Shown one piece after another: positions 61,616 to 64,000 of a DNA stretch of 64,000 bases (within the stretch, counting starts at the first letter, position 1; each line of letters starts with the position of its first letter). The stretch comes from Calothrix sp. NIES-4101 (lineage in GTDB: Bacteria > Cyanobacteriota > Cyanobacteriia > Cyanobacteriales > Nostocaceae). The DNA lies in assembly GCA_004296455.1 (NCBI GenBank), contig AP018280.1, positions 5,442,794-5,506,793 of the forward strand. Reading direction: 5' to 3'. The position numbers were made by a program, and so were the translations under genes. The notes under the pieces are model-generated. The model did no database searches, was not told where the DNA came from, and saw only the letters and a list, made by a program, of their open reading frames with translations.

Positions 61616-63028
61616 CTAGTCAAGTTCATTCATGAACATTACTGGCTCATTCTCACGATCAATACCTCTCTCGAAACCACCAGCAGCCGCACGAGCGCGT
61701 CCTGCGTGCCACAAGTGACCAACGAGGAAGAAGAATCCGAGTACGAAGTGAGAAGTTGACAGCCACGCACGAGGTGATACGTAGTTGAAGGAGTTGATTT
61801 CAGTTGCCACACCACCTACAGAATTCAAAGAACCCAGAGGAGCATGAGTCATGTACTCAGCAGCACGACGTGCTTGCCAAGGCTGAATATCATTCTTGAT
61901 TTTATCTAAGTCAAGACCGTTAGGCCCACGTAGTGGTTCTAACCAAGGACCTTTGAAGTCCCAGAAACGCATGGTTTCACCACCAAAGATGATTTCACCA
62001 GAAGGCGATCGCATCAAGTATTTACCCAAGCCAGTTGGGCCTTGTGCCGAACCGACGTTAGCACCTAAGCGTTGGTCACGGATTAAGAAGGTCAAAGCCT
62101 GTGCTTGTGAAGCTTCAGGACCAGTAGGGCCAAAGAATTCGCTAGGATATACGGTGTTATTGTACCAAACCATACAGGAAGCGATAAAGCCCATCAAGGA
62201 CAAAGCGCCTAAGCTGTAGGAAAGATAAGCTTCACCAGACCAGATGAAGGCACGACGCGCCCAAGCAAAAGGCTTGGTAAGGATGTGCCAAATACCACCA
62301 GCGATACAGATGAGACCAACCCAAATGTGACCACCAACAACGTCTTCGAGGTTGTTAACGCTGACAATCCAACCTTCTCCACCGAAAGGAGATTTAGCTA
62401 AATAGCCAAAGATAATAGCAGGGTTCAATGTGGGGTTGGTAATAACGCGAACGTCGCCACCACCAGGTGCCCATGTATCATACAAACCACCGAAGAACAT
62501 TGCTTTCAACACCAACAGCAGTGCCCCACAACCAAGAATAATCAGGTGGAAGCCGATGATGTTGGTCATCTTGTTCTTGTCTTTCCAGTCGTAACCAAAG
62601 AAAGAAGAGTATTCTTCTAAAGTTTCAGGACCACGAACGGCGTGATAAATTCCACCAAATCCGAGAACGGCAGACGAGATTAAATGCAGTACACCAACAA
62701 CGAAGTAGGGGAAAGTGTCAAACACTTCACCACCAGAACCCACACCCCAACCAAGGGCAGCGAGGTGAGGTAGCAAGATTAAACCTTGCTCGTACATTGG
62801 TTTTTCGGGGACAAAGTGCGCCACCTCAAATAAGGTCATTGCACCAGCCCAGAAAACTATCAAGCCGGCATGGGCAACGTGTGCGCCCAAGAGTTTACCA
62901 GAAAGGTTGATTAAACGGGCGTTGCCAGACCACCATGCAAATCCGGTGGATTCTTGGTCGCGTCCACCCATTGATATAGAGCGATTAGAGAGCGTTACCA
63001 CGTGGTAGTACCTCTTCAGGGAATACAA
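61616..63028 (-). CDS. psbC: Photosystem II CP43 chlorophyll apoprotein. The physiological start may be the internal GTG (VTLSN...) near 62998.
   Basis: ..[51 protein letters not shown].. is canonical CP43. It overlaps the psbD 3' end, as in all cyanobacteria. Confidence 0.95.
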   Translation of the reverse strand: MYSLKRYYHVVTLSNRSISMGGRDQESTGFAWWSGNARLINLSGKLLGAHVAHAGLIVFWAGAMTLFEVAHFVPEKPMYEQGLILLPHLAALGWGVGSGGEVFDTFPYFVVGVLHLISSAVLGFGGIYHAVRGPETLEEYSSFFGYDWKDKNKMTNIIGFHLIILGCGALLLVLKAMFFGGLYDTWAPGGGDVRVITNPTLNPAIIFGYLAKSPFGGEGWIVSVNNLEDVVGGHIWVGLICIAGGIWHILTKPFAWARRAFIWSGEAYLSYSLGALSLMGFIASCMVWYNNTVYPSEFFGPTGPEASQAQALTFLIRDQRLGANVGSAQGPTGLGKYLMRSPSGEIIFGGETMRFWDFKGPWLEPLRGPNGLDLDKIKNDIQPWQARRAAEYMTHAPLGSLNSVGGVATEINSFNYVSPRAWLSTSHFVLGFFFLVGHLWHAGRARAAAGGFERGIDRENEPVMFMNELD

Positions 63029-64000
63029 ATTTTTCGTGAGGTTGGTCTTGAGGAGCCATCCAAGCGCGGATACCCTCGTTCAACAAAATGTTCTTGGTAT
63101 AGAATGTTTCAAATTCTGGGTCTTCTGCGGCACGCAATTCCTGCGATACGAAGTCATAAGCCCGTAGGTTCAATGCCAAACCAACAATACCAACTGCACT
63201 CATCCATAACCCTGTTACGGGTACGAACAACATAAAGAAGTGCAACCAACGTTTGTTGGAGAATGCAATCCCGAATATCTGTGACCAGAAACGGTTTGCT
63301 GTCACCATTGAGTAGGTTTCTTCTGCTTGAGTTGGGTTGAAAGCACGGAAGGTATTCGATGCTTCTCCATCTTCAAACAGTGTATTTTCTACTGTTGCAC
63401 CGTGGATGGCACAAAGTAATGCTCCACCGAGTACACCCGCTACTCCCATCATGTGGAAGGGGTTGAGTGTCCAGTTGTGGAAACCTTGCAAAAATAATAA
63501 GAAACGGAAGATTGCGGCGACTCCAAAGCTGGGTGCAAAAAACCAGCTGGATTGTCCCAAGGGGTACATCAGGAATACGCTGACGAAGACGGCAATCGGT
63601 GCGGAAAAGGCGATCGCATTGTAAGGACGAATCCCAACAAGACGGGCGACTTCAAATTGACGTAGCATGAAGCCAATCAATCCGAATGCGCCATGTAAAG
63701 CGATGAATGCCCATAAGCCGCCGAGTTGACACCAACGGGTGAAGTCTCCTTGAGCTTCGGGTCCCCACAATAACAATAACGAGTGTCCCATTGCGTCGGC
63801 GGGAGTCGATACTGCCACTGTTAAGAAGTTGCATCCTTCCAAATAAGAAGATGCGAGACCGTGGGTGTACCACGAACTGACGAAGGTGGTTCCGGTCATC
63901 CAGCCACCCAGTGCTAAGAATGCACAGGGGAACAGAAGGATTCCTGACCAGCCTACAAATACGAAGCGATCGCGCTTCAGCCAGTCGTCTAGTACGTCAA
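62985..64000 (-). CDS. psbD: Photosystem II D2 protein, partial. The N-terminus lies beyond the window end.
   Basis: ..[52 protein letters not shown].. is canonical D2. The ORF is open to the window edge. Confidence 0.95.
   Translation of the reverse strand, partial: DVLDDWLKRDRFVFVGWSGILLFPCAFLALGGWMTGTTFVSSWYTHGLASSYLEGCNFLTVAVSTPADAMGHSLLLLWGPEAQGDFTRWCQLGGLWAFIALHGAFGLIGFMLRQFEVARLVGIRPYNAIAFSAPIAVFVSVFLMYPLGQSSWFFAPSFGVAAIFRFLLFLQGFHNWTLNPFHMMGVAGVLGGALLCAIHGATVENTLFEDGEASNTFRAFNPTQAEETYSMVTANRFWSQIFGIAFSNKRWLHFFMLFVPVTGLWMSAVGIVGLALNLRAYDFVSQELRAAEDPEFETFYTKNILLNEGIRAWMAPQDQPHEKFVFPEEVLPRGNAL

Overview
This window looks like a chromosomal segment from a filamentous, Nostocales-type cyanobacterium. 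The 8-mer GCGATCGC (HIP1) recurs throughout, as do short G-rich tandem repeats of the kind seen in these genomes. The right end carries core photosynthesis genes: ndhD, psbC and a partial psbD.

Most of the window is housekeeping:
- Enolase.
- A devBCA-type ABC exporter operon.
- A ClC chloride channel fused to CBS and universal-stress domains.
- A minus-strand NAD cluster, pncB-nadD-Nudix-nadE, with a separate nadC next to a NupC-type nucleoside transporter.
- mreBCD and ssb.
- clpS and the bcp peroxiredoxin.
- yidD followed by a D-Ala-D-Ala dipeptidase.

Several stretches are accessory-like and deserve a second look:
- An AT-rich segment at about 13.4-18.4 kb carries an unusual alpha/beta-hydrolase with an inserted transmembrane hairpin. 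It also holds an overlapping galactokinase-like kinase and GalU-like nucleotidyltransferase pair, and a GNAT acetyltransferase.
- A Ser/Thr-kinase-WD40, flotillin-like and large FAD-oxidoreductase neighbourhood lies at 28.8-35.8 kb.
- A divergent isoprenyl-diphosphate-synthase-like protein sits beside a disulfide reductase, an SDR reductase and a haloperoxidase-like hydrolase at 38-42.6 kb.
- A small mobile-element island at 43.9-46.7 kb holds an IS4-family element with imperfect terminal inverted repeats and a broken transposase frame, a YefM/YoeB toxin-antitoxin pair, and an IS630 relic.

Non-coding items include GGGGA/TCCCC complementary repeat blocks, several short tandem repeats, a 21-nt motif shared by two upstream regions, several intrinsic terminators, and a candidate small gene with its own Shine-Dalgarno (SD) site and terminator.

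I found no CRISPR array, tRNA or rRNA gene. I also could not recognise a complete, obviously novel multi-gene system; the items most worth follow-up are ranked in the findings.
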